Source of the DNA: an uncultured Acidobacteriota bacterium
GTDB taxonomy: Bacteria > Acidobacteriota > Vicinamibacteria > Vicinamibacterales > UBA8438
Length of the DNA: 39,413 bases
Assembly: GCA_913043225.1 (NCBI GenBank)
Contig: CAJWLU010000029.1
Span: forward strand, 1 to 39,413
Direction of reading: 5' to 3'
Part shown: positions 19,203 to 26,723 of the stretch, one piece after another
Position numbering within the stretch: the stretch's first letter is position 1
Layout of the letters: each line of letters begins with the position of its first letter
Program-made: the position numbers and the translations under genes
Notes under the pieces: model-generated
Told to the model about the DNA's origin: nothing
Databases searched by the model: none
Seen by the model: the letters and a program-made list of their open reading frames with translations, nothing else

Positions 19203-20117
19203 CTACCGCACCTTGGTCAGCTTGTGCCGCATCATCAAGTACCTGAGTAACGCGTGGTCGAGCGGCATCTTAGTATTCATGAAGGCGTAGTCGATCCGGT
19301 TCTGGCTGGCGAGCTGAGTAATAGCCTGGATGTGCTCCCGTACCAGTTCACGATACTGGTCCCTGAGCTTATCCGGCACCACCGGGATCTTGCGCCCCGT
19401 CTCGAGGTCCTGAAAGCTCGTCGAGTCGTCGTATGGGAAGTCGACCTCGGCTGGATCCAGCAGGTGGAACATGATCACGTCGTTGCCGGCGAACCGTAGC
19501 GGCTTGACCGCGTCGAAGATCTTCTCCGGCTCCTCGTAGAAGTCCGAGATGACCACAAGGATGCTCCGGCGCTTGAAGAACTCGGTCGCCTTGTAGAGCG
19601 GAGGTCCCAGGGCGCCGGGTCGACCGGCCTCGATCTTGTCGAGCGTGTGGAGCGTGACATCGAAGTGCTTGGCGGACGGCGGGACCCGTTCGACGATATC
19701 GTCATCGAAAGTCACGATCCCGACCCGGTCCCGCTGCTTGGTGCTCAGATAGCTCAGACAGGCCGCCAAGTAGCGGCCGTAGTCGAGCTTGGTGATTCCT
19801 CGACTCCCAAAACTCATCGACTTGGAGACGTCGAAGAGCACCGAAAAATTGGTGTTGGTGTCAGCCTCGAACTGCTTGACGTAGAACCGGTCGGTGCGGG
19901 CGAACAGACGCCAGTCGATACGCCGGATATCGTCACCAGGCATATAGCCCCGGTGCTCGGCGAAGTCGATGGACACGCCGAGGTAGGGCGCCTTATGCAG
20001 GCCGTTGATGAAGCCCTCCACCACGAACCTGGCCGCCAACTCGATGCTACCGAGACGAGCCAGCACGTTCGGGTCGATGAACCGGGCGCCGGGTGCCGTG
20101 GTTACCTGAGTCGCCAT
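19203..20117 (-). CDS. DUF58 family protein (MoxR partner, vWA-like)
   Basis: Motifs GLH.APY.G.SIDFAEHR.Y.PGDDIRRIDWRLFAR, DVSKSM, DRVG and VISDF. Stop abuts the next ATG (TAG ATG). Confidence 0.93.
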   Translation of the reverse strand: MATQVTTAPGARFIDPNVLARLGSIELAARFVVEGFINGLHKAPYLGVSIDFAEHRGYMPGDDIRRIDWRLFARTDRFYVKQFEADTNTNFSVLFDVSKSMSFGSRGITKLDYGRYLAACLSYLSTKQRDRVGIVTFDDDIVERVPPSAKHFDVTLHTLDKIEAGRPGALGPPLYKATEFFKRRSILVVISDFYEEPEKIFDAVKPLRFAGNDVIMFHLLDPAEVDFPYDDSTSFQDLETGRKIPVVPDKLRDQYRELVREHIQAITQLASQNRIDYAFMNTKMPLDHALLRYLMMRHKLTKVR

Positions 20118-20126
20118 TCCGTGCAG

Positions 20127-21164
20127 CTACATCTGTGACACGGGAACGGGAACCGCCTCGAGCAGCTGATCGATGATCTGGTCAGAGGTGATGCCCTCGG
20201 ACTCGGCGTGGAAGTTCAGGAGGATCCGGTGACGCAGGACCGGATGCGCGAGCGCCCGGATGTCCTCGAAGCTCACGTGATAGCGCCCCTGGGTGAGAGC
20301 CCGGGCCTTGCCCCCCAGAATCAAATACTGCGCGGCGCGCACACTGGCGCCATAGGCCACCCACTTGTTGGTGAACTCGGGAGCATCATCCCCCTTGAGC
20401 CGACTGGTCCGCACGAGACTCAGCGCATAGCGCATTACCGGCTCGGAGACCGGCACCTTGCGCACAAGCTGGTGGAACTTCACCAGGTCTTCTCCGGTCA
20501 CGGCGCGATTGAACTCGGGCTCGCCGCCGCGGGTGGTGGACCGGACGACCTCGAGCTCCTCATCCTCGGGCGGGTGCTTGATGACGATGTGGAACATGAA
20601 ACGGTCGAGCTGCGCCTCGGGGAGCGGATAGGTACCCTCGAGCTCGATCGGGTTCTGGGTCGCGAAGACGAAGAACGGCTCCTCGAGCGTGTAGGTGCGG
20701 CCCTGGACGGTAACGCGGTGCTCCTGCATCGCCTCGAGCAGTGCCGACTGGGTCTTGGGTGGCGTCCGGTTGATCTCGTCCGCCAGCAGAATGTTGGTGA
20801 AGACCGGACCGGGGGCGAACACCATCTTCCGGCCACCCGTCTTCGGGTCTTCCTGGATGATGTCGGTACCAGTGATGTCCGACGGCATGAGGTCCGGCGT
20901 GAACTGGATCCGTGCGAACTTCAGCTCGAGCACCTGGGCCATGGTCTGGATGAGCAGGGTCTTGGCCAGGCCGGGCACGCCAATGATCAGGCTGTTACCG
21001 CCGACGAACAGCGTGAGCAGGGTTTCATCCATGACCTCCTGCTGCCCGATGATCTTCTTGCGGAGCTCCGCAAGGATCTGCTGCCGCCCTTCCTTCATGC
21101 GGTCGGCCAGTGCGATGTCGTCAGCGTTCTCCAACTCGGTCGGTTCGTTCGCGAATGGATCCAC
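20127..21164 (-). CDS. moxR: MoxR-family AAA+ ATPase
   Basis: Walker A GVPGLAKT, RIQFTPDLMPSDITG, Walker B LLADEINRTPPKTQSALLEAM, ATQNPIE.EGTYPLPEAQLDRF and VLRHRI. AGGAG SD upstream. Confidence 0.95.
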   Translation of the reverse strand: MDPFANEPTELENADDIALADRMKEGRQQILAELRKKIIGQQEVMDETLLTLFVGGNSLIIGVPGLAKTLLIQTMAQVLELKFARIQFTPDLMPSDITGTDIIQEDPKTGGRKMVFAPGPVFTNILLADEINRTPPKTQSALLEAMQEHRVTVQGRTYTLEEPFFVFATQNPIELEGTYPLPEAQLDRFMFHIVIKHPPEDEELEVVRSTTRGGEPEFNRAVTGEDLVKFHQLVRKVPVSEPVMRYALSLVRTSRLKGDDAPEFTNKWVAYGASVRAAQYLILGGKARALTQGRYHVSFEDIRALAHPVLRHRILLNFHAESEGITSDQIIDQLLEAVPVPVSQM

Positions 21165-21192
21165 GGGTTGCTCCTGACTGCTACGAGCGCGC

Positions 21193-21996
21193 TCAGTGAG
21201 TAAGCGCGTACATGATGTAGTTCACGCCGAGCTTGAACGCCTCATTCGAGAGGTCGATCGGCACCCAGCCGCTCATCGACCACTCCCACGCGTCGCCGAT
21301 GTCGTTGTTGTGATTGGCCACCGCCAGCAGGCGGTCACTCGTATCATTGTCCTCGAACAGGCCGTAGAAGATCGGGTCGTAGCCGGGATACGCCTGCTCG
21401 TACTGCTCGAGCGTCTCGATATCGAAGAACGAGTGGTACACGGGGTGGCTCGCGTCGAGCTGTACCCATCGCAGCCCCGGGAGCACCCGGCGCATCTGCG
21501 CCTCGAGGTTGTTCCAGTGCTCGTCGCTTCGCTGGTCGTCGAAGATCAGGAACCCACCCTTGAGGAGGTAGTTCCGCAGCCCCTCGGCCTCGCGCTCGGT
21601 CACGTTCCAGTAGCCCGGCTCGGACATGTAGGCGAACGGGTACTTGAACAGGTCCGGGTCATCGAGGTCAACGATAACCCCGCCGTCGCCGCCAATGTAT
21701 GGGTTGAGAAAGGTGACCGACTCGAGGATCCGCATCAGGTTCGACTCGGCCCCGGGATAGTCATGCGCCCAACCCGGTTGGTTCTGTCCGTTGTAGTAAC
21801 CGGGCACGATGTAGGCATCCGCGTAGCGGACGCGCGCGAACACGAACTGGCCACTGTCGTACCGCTCTGGACCCGACAGCGGACCGTCGTCGAGCGCTGC
21901 TATCGCCACCGCGCCACCCGCGGCCAGCATCAGCACCACGGCCGCCACCGGCCGCCGCCAGCGGTCTGACGTCGTCCTCATCATGGTCGGTCTCAC
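21193..21996 (-). CDS. DUF4159 family exported protein (paralogue B)
   Basis: N-terminal signal. Motifs FVFARVRY, W.HDYP.AE, YPFAYM, LRNYLLKGGFLIFDD and HNNDIGDAWEW; ends YALTH. GTGA overlap with the upstream gene. Confidence 0.85.
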   Translation of the reverse strand: MRPTMMRTTSDRWRRPVAAVVLMLAAGGAVAIAALDDGPLSGPERYDSGQFVFARVRYADAYIVPGYYNGQNQPGWAHDYPGAESNLMRILESVTFLNPYIGGDGGVIVDLDDPDLFKYPFAYMSEPGYWNVTEREAEGLRNYLLKGGFLIFDDQRSDEHWNNLEAQMRRVLPGLRWVQLDASHPVYHSFFDIETLEQYEQAYPGYDPIFYGLFEDNDTSDRLLAVANHNNDIGDAWEWSMSGWVPIDLSNEAFKLGVNYIMYALTH

Positions 21997-23021
21997 CGCT
22001 GGGGAGCGGGATCGCCTTCCATCTGGCGGATCTCTCGGCTCTTGAGCGCGATGGCCACGAGCAGCTCTTCGAGCTCCGCCTGATACACCGCGTCGTCGAT
22101 ACCGCCTCTGGTCGCCTGCAGCGTTTCGATCTGCGCCTGAAGCGCCAAGCGTTCTTCGTAGAGAAGGCGTAGCTCAGGATCGTCGGGCAGTCCCTCTATC
22201 GACGCGCCGTCGGCCGCCGTAAAAAACAGCGTTCGCGCCATGGCGCCGTCGGTGGCCGCGGCCAGCGGATCTGGATCCCGGGTCCCTTCGCCGTCTCCGT
22301 TGTCGTCGAGCAGGGCGTGCTCGGTCTGTAGCCGACCATCCGACTCGTAGACCTGCTCGACCCTCCTGGCGGCGTACTCGAACGCCTCAAGGACCGAGAC
22401 CCGGCCGTCCTTATTCTGATCCGACTCGGCCTCCCCCCCCCCACCGAAGGCCGCCACGAAGTAGCCGCCGAAGACGGTTTCGTTCCACTGACTCCCGCTG
22501 CGAGTGGCAGTCACTACCGTCCGGCCCTCGCCGGACAGCGCCTCGATAAAGCCGCCGCTCGAGGTGGCCGCGTTGACGAAGGTGACCCGTTGCGCCGCCA
22601 AGGTGGTCAACAGACGGTCGTAGTCTTCGGCCGTGAAGTCGCGACCGGGGAGATTGAACCTGGATTCGCCGCTGTTGTAGCTCCCGTGTCCGACCAGCAG
22701 GATGAAGACGTGGTCGTTCGGCGCCGCCCGCCCGCCAATCACCTCGATCGCCGCTTCCACCTCTTCCTGCGTCGACCGCGCATACACCCTATCCGGATCC
22801 ACCTCGACCTTCTCGGCCAGGTAGATCACCTGGTCGGGCGCCAGCCCGTAGCGCTCAACGGCCGCGTCGATCAGCGTCGTGGCCCAGGCGTGGAACTGCT
22901 CAGCGTAGGCGGGATCGCCGCTGAGGCCTGTGATGACCAGTAGCTGCGTCTGCTGAGCGGACGCAGGCGCCACCCCGGCCAGCAACGCGCACACGACCAA
23001 CCCGGCCCACAGGCGCCTCAT
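21993..23021 (-). CDS. Exported caspase/C13-like fold protein, catalytic Cys apparently absent, with C-terminal coiled coil
   Basis: Signal MRRLWAG...PASA|Q, with ATG 23021 overlapping the upstream TGA. Motifs VFILLVGHGS, FVNAATSSGGF, RTVVTAT and EF-hand-like DQNKDGRVSVLE. Confidence 0.7.
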   Translation of the reverse strand: MRRLWAGLVVCALLAGVAPASAQQTQLLVITGLSGDPAYAEQFHAWATTLIDAAVERYGLAPDQVIYLAEKVEVDPDRVYARSTQEEVEAAIEVIGGRAAPNDHVFILLVGHGSYNSGESRFNLPGRDFTAEDYDRLLTTLAAQRVTFVNAATSSGGFIEALSGEGRTVVTATRSGSQWNETVFGGYFVAAFGGGGEAESDQNKDGRVSVLEAFEYAARRVEQVYESDGRLQTEHALLDDNGDGEGTRDPDPLAAATDGAMARTLFFTAADGASIEGLPDDPELRLLYEERLALQAQIETLQATRGGIDDAVYQAELEELLVAIALKSREIRQMEGDPAPQR

Positions 23022-25306
23022 GCGAGCCCTCGCGCCCGCCGATATCCCCATTCACCCAGGAGCAACAGCAGGAACAGCAGCAGCAGGGCCGGCATATCCC
23101 AGAGGTCACGCTCTTCGAGCACGGTTACGCCACCGCCTACGGTCTGAATATCGTCCACCAGGCGGTCGACTGTCTCGTCCGTATAGAACCGGCCGCCGGT
23201 CTCTTCGGCCACCCGCTGTAGCAGCGACGCCTGCATGGTGGAATCGTAGTACTCCGAATCGCTGGGCGCCACGCGCAGATAGGCCACGTCGCTCCCGAGC
23301 AGGTCGTCGTCGGTGTAGGCCTCCATGCGGACCTGGTAGAGCCCTTCCTTCTGGGGCGCGAACACCGCCGCGTACTCGCCATCGCGGTCCGCCGTCCAGT
23401 CCATGGAGACCTCGATCAGTTCCTCGTCCGGATCGGTAATCCAGGCGGACACCTGGCTGGTGTTGATCTCCTCGTAATTGGCATCGTCCACCTCGGCCCG
23501 CAGATCCAGCGTTTCGCCCAGTTCGACCCGGTCCTTGGGAACGTCGGCCACGACCTGGTCCGAAACACCGTCAACGAGCCAGCGGAGCAACCGGCGCCAC
23601 AACGTCTCGTGGGTGAGATCGTCCACAGGGATGTCGGCGTGCATCTGCCACATCCACGAGTCCTGCACCGGGAACGCGAGCGCCTTGCCCGCGCCGTATC
23701 GCTGGAAGGCCAGCACGACCAGCGACTCGTCACCACTAGTCAGGAGCGACGTCGCGCCTGGCTTGACCTCCTGGATCTGGTTAACCAGCGTCACTGGCGG
23801 CAACTCCAGCCATCGCGCCTGCGATGCGTCTTCGGTCTCGGCGATCTGGGTCGAGGGGTGCGTCCCCCCGGCGCGGGTCGCGCGAACATCGGTCTCCACA
23901 AAAAAGTTTGACTCGCCGTCGATCGCCGACTCGTCGAGCACGACCGGCAGCACGTCCTCCACTGGGGTGCCGACATAGCCGCCCTCGGCAAATGAGCGCT
24001 GACCGCCGAGCATCAACAGTCCGCCGCCACGTTCGGCAACGAAGTCGGAGATCATGCGCAACTGGTCGGGGGTGAAGTAGTTAGCCTCGATGCTACCGAG
24101 CACGAGCGCGCGGAACCGGAACAACTCCTCGCGCGTGCGTGGGAATCCGCCCACCAAGCGGTCGGCGTCCTCCACCGGCCCAATGCGCATGAACTTGTTC
24201 TCAGCCGTGCGCTGCAGCACCGTGAGTTGCAGGTTCTCGTCGTCCCGAACGGCCCGCTGTAGAAATTTCACCTCCCAGCGGGGCTCACCTTCAAAGTAGA
24301 GGATCTTCTCGCGGTTATCCTCCACGACGATGAGCGCGTGACGCTCGTTGTTCTGCGTCACCATCTCGTCAGGCTGGGCTGCGATCCGGAAGGTGAAGAG
24401 TCGAGGGCCAGCGTCGGCCGCCGTGAACCGGACCCGGGCGGTGGCCGGCTCGCCGTCGTCTGGCAACGTTAGCTCTTGGTCGGCCACGATCCGACCTTCG
24501 TCTTCGACCTGCAGACTGACCTGCTGGCCGGGATAACCCGTCTGGGCCACCACAACGTCCACCACGAGCGACGCGCCCTTTAGCACCGAGCGGGGGGTAT
24601 CTACGCGGCTCAACTGGATGTCGCGCGTGTATTCCTCGCGTCCGAGACCCACGGTGAACACCGGCACCCCGGCGGCCTGCAACGGCAGCAGCGACTCAGC
24701 CAGCGGATTATCCGCATTGTCGGCCCCGTCTGAGACGACGACCAGTCCAGACAGCGGCACGCCGGCCAACTCTTCGTGCACCCGATCGAGCGCCTGCCCG
24801 AGATGAGTCTGGGTGCCATCGAATCCGACCTCGTCGGCGCGCGCGATCCGGCCCGTCGAGGAGGAAAAGCTGAACATGCGGAGGGCGAAGCGATCCGCCA
24901 GAGCCTCCTGCAGCGGCCCGACCGTCTCGCCCTGCCCGAACTGCTCCCGAACGAAGTCGGCCCGGGTGGTCCCGTCCCGATCGGCGATCTGCATACTGCG
25001 TGAGTCGTCGATCAACACGCCCAGGAAATTCTGCTGGGCCACCACCTGGGACAGCACCAGCACCGGCCGGAAGAGACAGATCACTAGCAGCGCCAGGATG
25101 CCGAGCCGCAGGGCGCTCAGGACCGTGCGGTCGATGGGCCGGCTGTTCGCCCGCACCTGCTGATAGGTGCGCAGCGCCACCACTGCCGCCGCCAGCACGA
25201 GCAGCGACGCCACGAAGGTCGCCGTAGTGGGGCGGAACGCCAGCTCGCCTTCTTCGAAGACGATCGGCCGGTACTTGAACAGGAACTCGAACAACGACTC
25301 AAACAT
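23018..25306 (-). CDS. Membrane protein with vWA, Ig-like and class-I GATase-like (DUF1355-like) domains and C-terminal TM anchor
   Basis: Two N-terminal TMs. MIDAS DDSRSM and VVSDGADN. Motifs KILYFEGEPRWE.KFL, DFV..RGGGLLMLGG..SF..GGY, RYGAG and W.W. C-terminal LWD.P.LLLL...EW.YRR. Confidence 0.82.
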   Translation of the reverse strand: MFESLFEFLFKYRPIVFEEGELAFRPTTATFVASLLVLAAAVVALRTYQQVRANSRPIDRTVLSALRLGILALLVICLFRPVLVLSQVVAQQNFLGVLIDDSRSMQIADRDGTTRADFVREQFGQGETVGPLQEALADRFALRMFSFSSSTGRIARADEVGFDGTQTHLGQALDRVHEELAGVPLSGLVVVSDGADNADNPLAESLLPLQAAGVPVFTVGLGREEYTRDIQLSRVDTPRSVLKGASLVVDVVVAQTGYPGQQVSLQVEDEGRIVADQELTLPDDGEPATARVRFTAADAGPRLFTFRIAAQPDEMVTQNNERHALIVVEDNREKILYFEGEPRWEVKFLQRAVRDDENLQLTVLQRTAENKFMRIGPVEDADRLVGGFPRTREELFRFRALVLGSIEANYFTPDQLRMISDFVAERGGGLLMLGGQRSFAEGGYVGTPVEDVLPVVLDESAIDGESNFFVETDVRATRAGGTHPSTQIAETEDASQARWLELPPVTLVNQIQEVKPGATSLLTSGDESLVVLAFQRYGAGKALAFPVQDSWMWQMHADIPVDDLTHETLWRRLLRWLVDGVSDQVVADVPKDRVELGETLDLRAEVDDANYEEINTSQVSAWITDPDEELIEVSMDWTADRDGEYAAVFAPQKEGLYQVRMEAYTDDDLLGSDVAYLRVAPSDSEYYDSTMQASLLQRVAEETGGRFYTDETVDRLVDDIQTVGGGVTVLEERDLWDMPALLLLFLLLLLGEWGYRRARGLA

Positions 25307-25324
25307 TTAACTCTTTAGACACGA

Positions 25325-25369
25325 TCGGGCCGGTCGGCATGACCTTCGTCGGTCATCGCCCCGGCCCGA
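25325..25369. other. Long imperfect intergenic hairpin (TCGGGCCGG..GGC-ATGACC-loop-GGTCAT.GCC-CCGGCCCGA)
   Basis: About 18 paired positions, read directly, between the first DUF4159 gene and the rest of the cluster. Confidence 0.6.
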
Positions 25370-25405
25370 CTCTTGCTCCCCACGGACACGTCTCCAGCGC
25401 GCGCC

Positions 25406-26284
25406 CTAGTGACTCATCGCATAGACAATCGTGTTTACCGTGATCTCGATCGCGTAGGTCGAGTAGCGCAACGGATAGTATGGGCTCTCGGCCCACTCCC
25501 ACGCATCACCAATATCAGTGTTCCAGTTGATGACCACCATCAACCGGCCGGTCTCATCAAAGATCCCCCGTACGATCGGCGTAAAGCCGTCACGCTCCCA
25601 AGTCCGACCGTTCATCGCGTTATTGATGGCCGGCACCTGTACGATCTCTTCAATGTTGTAGAAAGTGGTGAACAGTGGGTGGTCAATCGGGATGTCGATG
25701 ATCGGATACTCGGGCAGAACCCGTTTAATCTCCGCCTCGAAGTTCTCCCACTCCCACGTGCCCCAGAAGTCGTCGATCATCAGGAACCCACCGGCCTGCA
25801 GGTACTCCCGCAACCCCTTGACCTCGGGTTCGGTCATGTACATGTTCCCGACTTCCAGGGCATAGAGGAAGGGGAACTTTCTGATGTTCGGATCATCCAG
25901 CTGGACGGCGTTCTCCAACTCGTAGGCATCCATATCGACCAGCCGGTCGAGGATGGTCAGGAACTGACGGTCGGCCTTGGGAAAATCGGTCGCCCAGGCT
26001 CCCCAACGGTAGCCACCGCCGTTGTAGATGGCTCGGGTGAAAACGAACTCGCGGCCGGTCTTGCGCGCGTTCTGAATGCGTCGGCGGACGTCGTTACGGT
26101 CCAGGAGGGGTCGGGCCTGTTGCGCAGCGAACGAGACGCCGACGACCACGCTGGAGGACACGGCAGACGATGCAGTGGGTGCGGGTTCCTGGCCCGCCTC
26201 CTCAGCGGCCCACAGCCCTACCAACCCGACACCGATCAGTGCCGTTGCGACGACGCCCGCGCGCACGAGATACCGTGGCCGCAA
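25406..26284 (-). CDS. DUF4159 family exported/anchored protein (paralogue A)
   Basis: Motifs FVFTRAIY, WATDFPKAD, FPFLYA, LREYLQAGGFLMIDDFWG and WNTDIGDAWEW; ends YAMSH. Start is uncertain: TTG 26284 has GGAG 7 nt upstream and precedes the hydrophobic segment; alternatives are 26368 and 26389. Confidence 0.82.
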   Translation of the reverse strand: MRPRYLVRAGVVATALIGVGLVGLWAAEEAGQEPAPTASSAVSSSVVVGVSFAAQQARPLLDRNDVRRRIQNARKTGREFVFTRAIYNGGGYRWGAWATDFPKADRQFLTILDRLVDMDAYELENAVQLDDPNIRKFPFLYALEVGNMYMTEPEVKGLREYLQAGGFLMIDDFWGTWEWENFEAEIKRVLPEYPIIDIPIDHPLFTTFYNIEEIVQVPAINNAMNGRTWERDGFTPIVRGIFDETGRLMVVINWNTDIGDAWEWAESPYYPLRYSTYAIEITVNTIVYAMSH

Positions 26285-26433
26285 ACAGACGCTCCAGGAG
26301 ATGTCGACCCGCGTCGTGCGAGTCGTGAGTCGGCACGCGCCAGCGCCGGTCCAAAGCCCAAACGACATCCTCAACGAGCAGAGCCACAACTCGCCATGGG
26401 ATCGACTCCCGACTCTATGAGGAAGTTAGCCGC

Positions 26434-26444
26434 AGCATAGCACA
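26434..26444 (-). promoter_or_regulatory. Candidate extended -10 promoter (TGTG-C-TATGCT) for the DUF4159/MoxR cluster
   Basis: Matches TRTG-n-TAnnnT and lies upstream of the first gene of the cluster. Confidence 0.5.
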
Positions 26445-26723
26445 TGCTCCTCGGCGGCGCCCGACTACCCAAGAAGGCCAACTCGGGCGTACCGGAAGCA
26501 GTCTCGTCGCACCGAGAACCCGCCCGGATCCGCAGCCACGAGCCTCCGAATGTCATCCTCTGGAAACTACCCCCGGACACCTGTATCCAGATATCGCGTA
26601 CCCCTTCGGCGATGACCCGACAGCGGTCGGCGTCGGTGTCGCCAGGAGGATCGCGCTACGACTGGCACCGCGAGGCTCAGCCGTCATCATCCCCTCATCC
26701 TAATTTTTGTTCAGCTCGCTCCA

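Noticed and set aside
26445..26723. Unassigned 280-nt gap with a hairpin (about 26608-26644) sharing GGCGATGACC with the 25325 hairpin, and a roughly 45-codon minus-strand frame
   Set aside because: The match is short and plausible by chance at this GC content. No transposase, target duplication or protein motif.
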